Shown in pieces: positions 28,075 through 36,301 of a DNA stretch of 64,000 nt. Source of the DNA: a bacterium. GTDB lineage: Bacteria; UBA8248. The stretch is from NCBI GenBank assembly GCA_965199855.1, contig OZ241326.1, forward strand, positions 480,001-544,000. The letters run 5' to 3'. Position 1 is the first letter of the stretch. Every line of letters begins with the position of its first letter. The notes beneath the pieces are model-generated. The model ran no database searches and had not been told where the DNA came from. It saw only the letters and a list, made by a program, of their open reading frames with translations. A program made the position numbers and the translations under genes.

Positions 28075-29064
28075 CTACCTCGCCAGGACGCGCTCGCGCA
28101 GGGCGCTCACCTGCTCGGGCTCGCCGAGGGCGTAGAGGCGATCTCCCGCCTGGATGACGAAGTCGGCCCCCGGGTTGAACTTCATCTTCCCGCTCCGGTT
28201 GCGGATGGAGAGGAGATGGACGCCGGTGTCCTGGCTTATTCTCGATTCGCGGAGCGCTATGCCGACGAGGTCCGACCCCGCGGGCACGCTCACCTCCTCG
28301 AAGTCGAGATCCGCCGTCGCGTGGCCGGTCACCTCGTCGAGGAAGCCCGCGAGCTTGGGCCGCAGAACCGCCTGCGCCATGCGCATCCCGCCCATGATGT
28401 AGGGCGAGATCACCCGATCCGCTCCCGCCGCCTCCATCTTGGCGATGGAGCTCTCCCGCGCGGCGCGGCTCAGGATGAAGAGGCCGGGGTGCAGCGCCCG
28501 CGCCGTGAGGGTGACGAACACGTTCTCGGCGTCCGTGGGCAGGGCGCAGACGAGGCTTTTCGCCTTCTTCACGTTCGCCTTGATGAGCGTCTCGTCGTCC
28601 GTGGCGTCGCCGAGAATGACGAGGCGTCCCTCCTGGTCGAGGCGCGCGGCGGCCGCATCGTCGTTCTCGATGATGACGAAGGGCAGGGATTCCCTCGCGT
28701 ATTCTCTCGCCACGATGAAGCCGATGCGCCCGTAGCCGCAGATGATGTGATGATCCTCGAGTCTTCCGAGCTCTTTCACCAGTTTTCGCCTCCCGAAAAT
28801 TTGACGGATCCGGCCCTCGACCCTCGTCTCGGCGATGCTCGCGGTGGCGTAGAACGCGGCGCCCACGCTTGAGATCAGAACCGCCACGGTGAACATGCGG
28901 CCCGTCGCGCTCAGCTCGCGCACCTCGCCGTAGCCCACCGTCGTGAAGCTGATTATCGTCATGTAGAAGGCCTCGGAGAGCGGCCACCCCTCGATGAGGA
29001 CGTAGCCGATCGTCCCGAGGATGATGACGCCGACGATAAGCGCGAGGAGGCTGAGGATTTGCAA
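28075..29064 (-). CDS. Potassium channel with RCK (TrkA-N/TrkA-C) domains
   Basis: Selectivity filter TTVGYG, ICGYGRIG, GDATD; TTG start uncertain. Confidence 0.9.
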   Translation of the reverse strand: MQILSLLALIVGVIILGTIGYVLIEGWPLSEAFYMTIISFTTVGYGEVRELSATGRMFTVAVLISSVGAAFYATASIAETRVEGRIRQIFGRRKLVKELGRLEDHHIICGYGRIGFIVAREYARESLPFVIIENDDAAAARLDQEGRLVILGDATDDETLIKANVKKAKSLVCALPTDAENVFVTLTARALHPGLFILSRAARESSIAKMEAAGADRVISPYIMGGMRMAQAVLRPKLAGFLDEVTGHATADLDFEEVSVPAGSDLVGIALRESRISQDTGVHLLSIRNRSGKMKFNPGADFVIQAGDRLYALGEPEQVSALRERVLAR

Positions 29065-29178
29065 GGGCTTGCGCGCCTTCCCTGAATGCCTGCGGAGAGC
29101 CGCTCCGAATTCCCTGAATCGGCCGATTCTAACCGCGTCCGCCGGACGATTTCCAGAGGGGGCGGCTCCGGGGAAGCC

Positions 29179-30132
29179 TCAGCGGCCGCGGGGCGGGCCG
29201 GCCTTCCGGTCTCTCCTCGTCAAGTCGAACAGCGCGCGTCCGAGCCTCTCCTTGGCCTCGGCGCGGACGGGCTCCGTCGCCTCCGAGAACGCCGCGCGCT
29301 CCTCCTCCGTCAGGTCCTCGAAGGAGACGCCCTCCCCCTCCATGCTTCGGCGAATCGCCTCCTCCTCCGCCCGTGCGGCCTCTCTCTGGAAGGCGACGGC
29401 CTCGCGGAGGCAGGCGCGCGCCGCGGCTTGGACGGGCCCGGGCCAGGCGTCGAAGCTTTCCCGATGGACGAGCAGGGCGCGCGCGCCGTAGAAGTGCCCG
29501 CTCATCGTGACGTGCCCGTGATGCTTCGAGACGCCGTAGGTCGCGGTGTTGGAGAGCGGGTTTTCCTGCGCGTTCACCTGGCCGGACTCGATCATGGCGA
29601 TTCCCTCGCTGAGCTCCACGGGAACGGGCTCGGAGCCCAGGAGCTCGAACGTCCGCGCGTGCGCCTCGTTGGGCTGGAGGCGGACGCGCAGCCCCCGGCA
29701 GTCCCCGGGCGTTCGCACGGGGCGGACGCTGTTCGAGAGGTGGCGGAATCCGTTGTCCCAGAAGCCCGGGCACCGGTAGCCTGTTCGCGCCTCGATTCCC
29801 CGGGCGAGGCGCGCGCCGAGCGCGCCGTCCAGCGCCTCCCGGGCATGGGCGGAGTCCTCGAAGACGAAGGGCAGGTCGATGACTTCGAGCTCGGGCGCCC
29901 TCTCCGCGAGATAGCTCGTCGAGAAGTAGCACATCGTGAGCAGTCCGCACTCCACGAGGGAGAGCAGGTCGGCCGCGCGGTAGCCGAAGTCCATCACGTT
30001 CCAGAAGAGGTCGATTCTCGCGTCCGCGCCCAGCCGCGCGAGCATCTTCTCCCTGAAGAGCGCCATCGCGCGGCTGTGGGTGGTCCCGGGCGGGGAATAG
30101 CCCCCGATGCGGATGCGAACCGGCTCCGTCAT
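29179..30132 (-). CDS. TRAP transporter substrate-binding protein (DctP family), no signal peptide evident
   Basis: DLPFVF, NGFRH, GLRVR, QENP; no dctQM nearby. Confidence 0.8.
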   Translation of the reverse strand: MTEPVRIRIGGYSPPGTTHSRAMALFREKMLARLGADARIDLFWNVMDFGYRAADLLSLVECGLLTMCYFSTSYLAERAPELEVIDLPFVFEDSAHAREALDGALGARLARGIEARTGYRCPGFWDNGFRHLSNSVRPVRTPGDCRGLRVRLQPNEAHARTFELLGSEPVPVELSEGIAMIESGQVNAQENPLSNTATYGVSKHHGHVTMSGHFYGARALLVHRESFDAWPGPVQAAARACLREAVAFQREAARAEEEAIRRSMEGEGVSFEDLTEEERAAFSEATEPVRAEAKERLGRALFDLTRRDRKAGPPRGR

Positions 30133-30339
30133 GGCTGGATGCGCTCCCTCGCTGTCGGAGGCGCGGGAGAACGCGCGCCCCTGGAGGCGCGACCATACCA
30201 CATCCCCACCGCGCCGATGAAGAATCTCGGGCGCTTCTCCCCCGGCGCGGCGCCGAAGCGCCCTCGCCCCTTGACGCGCTCGCGGCGGTCGTGCATGTTC
30301 CGCTTTCGGGTGAATCCTTTGAGCCGGGGAGAGGGAAAC

Positions 30340-30945
30340 ATGTCTTCACTTCAGTCCCAGATTTTCGTGCAAACCGCTTCCGCCTCGCTGAGCCGCCTGA
30401 CGAGAGACCTCCAGCGGAAATACGAGCCCAAGAAGGGGGATCGGTTCAACGTCGGGGGCATCACCTACGAGATAGGCCCCCCGAAGTTCGTGGACGCGGA
30501 CAGGGCGATTCGCTTCGAGATCAGCTCGAAGATACCGGGCGAGGAGCTGCCGGACTCCTGCGACCACGCCAGATACTTCAAGCGGATCGAGAAGCGCAAC
30601 GCGTCGCCGAAGAAGCCCGTCTCCGCCGACATGGAGAACATCGTCCGCGAGACGCGCGACCAGGAGCGGAAGGAGAGGGACTACGTGAAGCTCACCTACC
30701 AGTACGGGGAGGAGGAGCTCTACGACGACGGGGAGGCGCTCAGGGAGATTGAGGAGATGGCGAAGGGCGCGGACGGCAAGGAGGTGCCCCCCAGGGTGCC
30801 CGGCGTCACCACCCTGGCCGGCCGCCTCATCGTCCAGCAGATGCAGTCCTCCCTCTACGAGGCGGCGCGGGAGAACGTCGAATCCCTCATCGCCGCGAAC
30901 GAGAAGGTGCGCTCCGAACTCAAGAAGAGCAAGAGGAAGAAGTAG
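30340..30945 (+). CDS. Hypothetical soluble protein (201 aa)
   Basis: GGAGAGGG RBS, strong C/G third-position bias, Lys/Glu-rich globular composition; no family recognised. Confidence 0.8.
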   Translation: MSSLQSQIFVQTASASLSRLTRDLQRKYEPKKGDRFNVGGITYEIGPPKFVDADRAIRFEISSKIPGEELPDSCDHARYFKRIEKRNASPKKPVSADMENIVRETRDQERKERDYVKLTYQYGEEELYDDGEALREIEEMAKGADGKEVPPRVPGVTTLAGRLIVQQMQSSLYEAARENVESLIAANEKVRSELKKSKRKK

Positions 30946-30954
30946 CCCCGCGCC

Positions 30955-32160
30955 ATGGCCCTGCGCCTTGCGGGCTTGACGGTTTGCGCCCCGCTCGAGA
31001 GAATCACGGACGCCCTCCTCGTCGTCGAGGGGGGCGTTTTCGCTTACGCGGGGCCGCGCGGGGCGCGTCCCGCGCCGCCGGACGCCCCGACGCTGGACAT
31101 GGGCGGCGCGCTGGCGTGCCCGGGCTTCGTGGATCTCCAGGTCAACGGCCTGGGGGCGGACGCGGCGCTCTCGGCGGACGCAGCCGGTCTCGGGCGCATC
31201 GCCCGCGCGCTGGCGCGGCGCGGGACGGCCGCCTTTCTGCCCACCCTCACGACGGCTTCCCGGGAGGAGCTGGTTCGCGCGGCCGGCGCGGCGCGGGAAG
31301 CGTGGGCGCTTCAGGGGGACGGGGGCGCGCCCGAGGCGCGCATCCTGGGCGTTCACCTGGAGGGGCCCTATCTCTCGCCCCGCATGAGGGGGGCGCATCC
31401 GGCCGAGCGCCTCCGCGCGCCCTGCCGGGAGGAGGTGGAGGAGATCGCCCGCGCCGCCGGCGGGATGGGGGCGGGCGGCGCGCCCGGCCTGGCCATGGTG
31501 ACGCTCTCCCCGGAGGCGGGCGGCGCGGCCGGCTTCGCCCGCTGGCTCTCGGAGCGCGGCGTCGTTCCCGCCATGGGGCACACGGCGGCCGACGCCGCCT
31601 CGGTGGAGGCGTTCCTCGAGGCGGGCGGCGCGTTCGCCGTTCACGCCTTCAACCGCTACGGGAGTCCGCCCGCGCGCAGAAGCACCTCGCCCATGGATTT
31701 CGTGCAGGGCGATCCGAGGCTCTTCGCCGGCCTCATCGCCGACGGGACGCACGTGGCGCCCCGCGCAGTCGCCTCCTTCGCGCGCGCGAGGGGCTGGGAG
31801 CGGACGGTTCTGACCTCCGACCTGACGGCCGACGCGGGGCTGCGCCCCCGCGCGGGCGAGGCGCCCGCCGAGGCGCGCGGCGACGCCGTGACGCGCGGAG
31901 GCGTTTTGAGCGGCAGCCGCCTGACGCTCTCGGAGACGCTGCCCCGCTTTCGGGAATGGAGCGGCCTCGACGCGGCCCGCGCCCTGGCGGCGGCGACGCG
32001 AAACCCGGCGCGCGTCCTGGGCCTCGAATCCCGGTGGGGGCGCATCGCCCCGGGCCGGCGCGCGGACTTCTGCCTTCTCGCGCCGGATTCCCTGGAGCTC
32101 CTGGGCGCGATGATCGGCGGGGTCTGGGCGTCGGGCGCGCCCCCGGCCCCGGCCGGATGA
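30955..32160 (+). CDS. nagA: N-acetylglucosamine-6-phosphate deacetylase
   Basis: PGFVDLQVNG, FLPT, HLEGP, GAH, GHT, HAFN, IADGTH, SD, LSGS, NPA. Confidence 0.8.
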   Translation: MALRLAGLTVCAPLERITDALLVVEGGVFAYAGPRGARPAPPDAPTLDMGGALACPGFVDLQVNGLGADAALSADAAGLGRIARALARRGTAAFLPTLTTASREELVRAAGAAREAWALQGDGGAPEARILGVHLEGPYLSPRMRGAHPAERLRAPCREEVEEIARAAGGMGAGGAPGLAMVTLSPEAGGAAGFARWLSERGVVPAMGHTAADAASVEAFLEAGGAFAVHAFNRYGSPPARRSTSPMDFVQGDPRLFAGLIADGTHVAPRAVASFARARGWERTVLTSDLTADAGLRPRAGEAPAEARGDAVTRGGVLSGSRLTLSETLPRFREWSGLDAARALAAATRNPARVLGLESRWGRIAPGRRADFCLLAPDSLELLGAMIGGVWASGAPPAPAG

Positions 32161-32242
32161 GGCCGCGCCGTTCTTCGCCTAAAGTCCACGGAGGATGATG
32201 AAGCTTGCCTCGCGTAGCGGAATGGGGAACACAGAAAGCCCC

Positions 32243-33082
32243 TTAAGCATCTGCAGACAATCGCCGTCGATATTTTTCAAGGTCGGCCGCCGTCACCGCG
32301 TCCGGGGATGCGAGCTGATAATGCTTTTCCGAAGCGATTCTGATGTCGTCGCCGTCTTGCTCAAATTCGAGAAGCGCGATCAGATCATCCCGTATGAATT
32401 GCGCTCCAATCGGTCTGCATATCAGGGACGGGAATTTCTCCATGCAAAACGCCATGTCCTGTTCGACTTGTATCCGGTTCAGGCGATCGTTTCCGCCCTT
32501 GGCCTGGACGGGAACAATGTAGTGAGAGCCTCTTCTGTCTATCCCCACGTATATCTCATCAATTTCTATCTGGCCGATTCTTTTGACGCTCGTTCGCAGA
32601 TGGCTTTGTAGCGAATAGCACGCGATTCCGAGAAATACGTCGATCAGTCGATTGTAGCGGATGCGGGCCAGCACGGCCTGCTCATCGCCGAAAGCATATT
32701 TCGCTATGACTCCTGGGGTCGCGTCGGGAATCTTGGTGGTGGCGAGGAGTCGGTTCGGCGTCAGCGGCGCGTCATTGACCAGATCGAAGCGGTATCTGGA
32801 TTTTCCGGCGGGACGTATCACCCACGTCTCTCCCTCGGGTGCTTCCGCCAGGATGTCGGGCGGAAGCGCCGAGCGGTATCGAAAGCTGTAGATCAGATCG
32901 CCGACGTTCTTGGGGAGAGGAATGCCCAGTTCGGAGGCGGCCGCGATGATGTCCTCGCGCCCGAACTCCACGGTGCGGCTTCCCGGCGCGTGGTTTTTCC
33001 GAAAAACGGCCTGAATGATCTTCGCGTATCGGTTTTTGGGGGGGAATGCGCCGCTCCTCCCGTTGATCAGGCGCCGGGCCAC
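32243..33082 (-). CDS. Putative restriction endonuclease, PD-(D/E)xK fold with QxK variant
   Basis: QIEIDE...VQAKG catalytic-like motif; overlaps the upstream MTase; lower GC; start uncertain. Confidence 0.65.
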   Translation of the reverse strand: MARRLINGRSGAFPPKNRYAKIIQAVFRKNHAPGSRTVEFGREDIIAAASELGIPLPKNVGDLIYSFRYRSALPPDILAEAPEGETWVIRPAGKSRYRFDLVNDAPLTPNRLLATTKIPDATPGVIAKYAFGDEQAVLARIRYNRLIDVFLGIACYSLQSHLRTSVKRIGQIEIDEIYVGIDRRGSHYIVPVQAKGGNDRLNRIQVEQDMAFCMEKFPSLICRPIGAQFIRDDLIALLEFEQDGDDIRIASEKHYQLASPDAVTAADLEKYRRRLSADA

Positions 33083-34371
33083 TCCAGCAGGACGACCTCC
33101 TCGCGCAGCTCCTCGCCGGAGACGGTCGAGGGCCGGGTCCGGAACAGCTCGATGCCCAGAACCCTGTAGTTCAGCGATTCGGCGAGGTCGGCGAGAAGCC
33201 GCCCCGTGCGAATCATCACCCGCAGGTAGGACGCCTGGTCTCCGACCACGTAGGCGAGCTTGGCGCCCGGCCTGAGCGCGGGGCGCAAGGACGCGAGATG
33301 CCGGAACATGCCGCCGAAATACAGCCGGGTGACGCGCGGATAGAGGCGCTCGAAGCCGGAGGTCTTGCCCAGCGCGATCCGCCGCTTCTCGATGGCCTCG
33401 GCGATGCGCTGGATTTCGGCGTGGTTCGTCACCGCGCGGTCGTCCGCGTCGGCTTTATACACCCCCCGCGTGTTCGAGCGGACGAGATTCCGCTTCAATC
33501 CCCGAAGTTCTTTTTTGTCGCGGACGAGCCCGAGGACGACGGATTCCAGCCGCGTCGTTCGCGTGTAGTCCTTTTCGTTCGGGTAGGGCGGCGAGGTGAT
33601 GACGGCGCCGATGGATTGCGGCTCGAGAACCCGCCCGGCGTCCCTGGCGTCGGCTTGCAGGACGCGCGCGGGAACCCCGGCGCGATCCCGGTGGGCGTCG
33701 ACGTCCCGCGCGACGGCGCGCATCTCCTCGAGCCAGCATTCCAGGACGGGCGCGTCGCGCCTGATTTTGCCGACGCCCACCTCGGGGCCGAACCTCAGGT
33801 TGCTGAAGCGGCGCACGAGGGCGTTCGCCAGCGCGAGCCTTCCGTATCGCCGCTCCCGGCCCGCTCCCGCGCCGTCGATGACGTCCAGCAGCGCGAGCGT
33901 TTTCCGGAGCGGGAGCGGGCTGATCGAGTTCTTCAGCAGCAGCTTCGACTGCTCCGGCGAAAGCGCGCGGGCGGCGGAGCGGGAACATTCCCCCGGAAAA
34001 GGAGAATCCTCCGCCGCGTCGCCGAGGCCTTCCCGCCCGAGCCTCTTTTCCGCCGCGGACGCGACGGCGTCCGCGTAGCGCGGGATTTCGCCGGAGCCGG
34101 CGGACCAGTCCGTCTTCACCGCGCTTGCGAAGCGCGCCATCGGGTTCGATTCGATCCCGACGCTGCGAATGCCCAGTTTCTTGCACTCCACAAGCGTAGT
34201 CCCCGTCCCGCAGAACGGGTCGAGAACCGCGTCGGACGCGCCGACGCCGAGCCGGGCGGCGCAGTCCCGGACGAGATGCGGCGGAAACGACAGGACGAAC
34301 CGATACCATTCGTGAACGGCGCGATCCTCCGCCCGCAGCCTGTTCCGCTCGCCGTTGCGCCCGTTCCTCAT
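33067..34371 (-). CDS. DNA amino-methyltransferase, probably N4-cytosine (alpha-type motif order)
   Basis: DPFCGTGTT near the N-terminus, TSPPY in the C-terminal half, VVGD. Confidence 0.9.
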   Translation of the reverse strand: MRNGRNGERNRLRAEDRAVHEWYRFVLSFPPHLVRDCAARLGVGASDAVLDPFCGTGTTLVECKKLGIRSVGIESNPMARFASAVKTDWSAGSGEIPRYADAVASAAEKRLGREGLGDAAEDSPFPGECSRSAARALSPEQSKLLLKNSISPLPLRKTLALLDVIDGAGAGRERRYGRLALANALVRRFSNLRFGPEVGVGKIRRDAPVLECWLEEMRAVARDVDAHRDRAGVPARVLQADARDAGRVLEPQSIGAVITSPPYPNEKDYTRTTRLESVVLGLVRDKKELRGLKRNLVRSNTRGVYKADADDRAVTNHAEIQRIAEAIEKRRIALGKTSGFERLYPRVTRLYFGGMFRHLASLRPALRPGAKLAYVVGDQASYLRVMIRTGRLLADLAESLNYRVLGIELFRTRPSTVSGEELREEVVLLEWPGA

Positions 34372-34699
34372 TCGAGTCCCTCTCCGCCCGGCGTCACGCG
34401 GCTCCCCCAGCCTAGGCCGCCGCGAAGTTCCGCGTAATCCCCCGCGCCGGGCGCCGGTCGGGCCGGCGGCGGTATTTCCCGTCTTTTCGCAAGCCCCGGC
34501 AGGGCGTCATCGTCATATCGGCATGATGCGATAAAGAAGCGAAAAAACAAAGACGGGCGAAGGCGAGCCGAAACTATAGCGCGGCATTCCCGCCCGCCTC
34601 AAGGAGGCTCCGCGCGCCGCCGATTGCGGGCGGGGGCGGATTCGCCCATAATTCTCCCGTCGCCGGCGTTCAGACAGCATCCGCCCCGGGCGCGCCGCC

Positions 34700-36301
34700 A
34701 TGTATGACCTCATCTTTCGCTCCGCCGTGATATTCGACGGTCTGGGCGGGGAGCCTTACGAGGGCGCGCTCGCCGTTTCTGGCGATCGCATCGCCGAAGT
34801 CGGCCCCGGCGTGAGCGGCGCGGCCCGCCGCGAGATTGACGCGCGCGGGCTGGCGCTCAGCCCCGGGTTCGTCGATATTCACGGCCATTCCGACTACTAC
34901 CTCCTCATCAACCCCGAGGCGCGCGCGAAAGTCCTCCAGGGGGTGACGACCGACGTGGGCGGCAACTGCGGCTACGCCGCCTCCCCGATTGGCGGGGCGG
35001 AGTTCGAGGAGCGGAAGAGGTGGCATCGGGAGCAGTTCGACCTCGACCTCCCCTTCCGGAGCGTGGACGGGCACCTGCGCCGCGTGGAGGAGACGGGCGT
35101 CTCCGTCAACTACGCCCATCTGGCGGGCCACAACACGATTCGCGCCAGCGTGATGGGGGGCGAGGCGCGCCCGGCGCGCGCGGCGGAGATGGCCGCGATG
35201 GAGGAGATGCTCGCCCTGGCGATGCGCGAGGGCGCCTTCGGCCTCTCCACCGGGCTGGTCTATGCCCCCGCCTGCTTCGCGGACAAGGAGGAGCTCGCCG
35301 CGCTTTGCCGGGTGTCGGGACGCGCCGGGGGGCTGCTCGCCACCCACATGCGGAGCGAGGGAGACGCGCTCCTCGAGGCGATGGACGAGGTGATGGAAGC
35401 GGCCGCGGAGGCCGCTCTGCCGCTTCAGATCAGCCATTTGAAGACGGCGGGCGAGCGGAACTGGGGCAAGCTGGACGCGGCCTTCGAGCGCATCGAGCGC
35501 GCGCGGGAGAGGGGGCAGGACGTGACCTGCGACCGCTATCCCTATACGGCCTCGAACACCCACCTGAGCGCGCTGCTTCCCGACTGGGCGCACGACGGCT
35601 CTCTCGACGAGAAGCTGGGGCGCCTCGGCGACCCGGCGGCGCGGGCGCGGATGCGCGAGGAAATCCTGCGGGCGCGCCCCGAGCCCTCCTGCTGGGAGAG
35701 CGTCCTGATCAGCCGGGTCTTCACGGAGGAGAACCGCCCCTGCGAGGGCCTCACCCTCGCGCGGCTGGGCGAGGAGCGCGGCGCGGCGCCCGTGGACGCC
35801 ATGCTCGATCTGCTGGCGGAGGAGAGGCTGAACGTCGAGATTCTCATTTTTATGATGAGCGCGGAGAACATGCGCCGCATCCTGGCGAAGCCCTACGTCA
35901 TGGTGGGCTCCGACGCGGGCGCGCTCACCCACGAGCCGCCCCTGGGCGCGGGGCGGCCGCACCCGAGGAATTTCGGCGCCTTCCCCTTCGTCCTGGGCTC
36001 CCTGGCGAGGGAGGAGGGCCTGTTCTCGATGGCCGAGGCCGTCCGCAAGATGACCTCCGCCCCCTGCCGGCGGCTCGGCATCGCGGACCGGGGGCGTCTG
36101 GCGGCCGGCATGAAGGCCGACCTCGTTCTGTTCGACCCCGAGAGGATACGAGACGAGTGCACCTACGAGCGTCCCGTCGCGTATCCTTCGGGCGTCGAGA
36201 TGGTGCTCGTCAACGGCGAGGCGGTCGTGGAGGCGGGCGTCCACACCGGCGCGCGCCCCGGCCGCGCCCTTCGCGGGCCGTCGGGAAGGGGGCGGCGATG
36301 A
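34700..36301 (+). CDS. N-acyl-D-amino-acid deacylase (D-aminoacylase)
   Basis: PGFVDIHGHSD, GNCG, GLSTGLVY, HMRSE, SHLK, GSD, HPRNFG. Confidence 0.9.
   Translation: MYDLIFRSAVIFDGLGGEPYEGALAVSGDRIAEVGPGVSGAARREIDARGLALSPGFVDIHGHSDYYLLINPEARAKVLQGVTTDVGGNCGYAASPIGGAEFEERKRWHREQFDLDLPFRSVDGHLRRVEETGVSVNYAHLAGHNTIRASVMGGEARPARAAEMAAMEEMLALAMREGAFGLSTGLVYAPACFADKEELAALCRVSGRAGGLLATHMRSEGDALLEAMDEVMEAAAEAALPLQISHLKTAGERNWGKLDAAFERIERARERGQDVTCDRYPYTASNTHLSALLPDWAHDGSLDEKLGRLGDPAARARMREEILRARPEPSCWESVLISRVFTEENRPCEGLTLARLGEERGAAPVDAMLDLLAEERLNVEILIFMMSAENMRRILAKPYVMVGSDAGALTHEPPLGAGRPHPRNFGAFPFVLGSLAREEGLFSMAEAVRKMTSAPCRRLGIADRGRLAAGMKADLVLFDPERIRDECTYERPVAYPSGVEMVLVNGEAVVEAGVHTGARPGRALRGPSGRGRR

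Noticed and set aside
34371-34389. TTCGAGTCCCTCTCCGCCC resembles a tRNA 3' end/att site at the RM insert border
   Set aside because: No 5' T-stem arm, no CCA, no second copy seen on the other side; on the minus strand it is the MTase RBS and start
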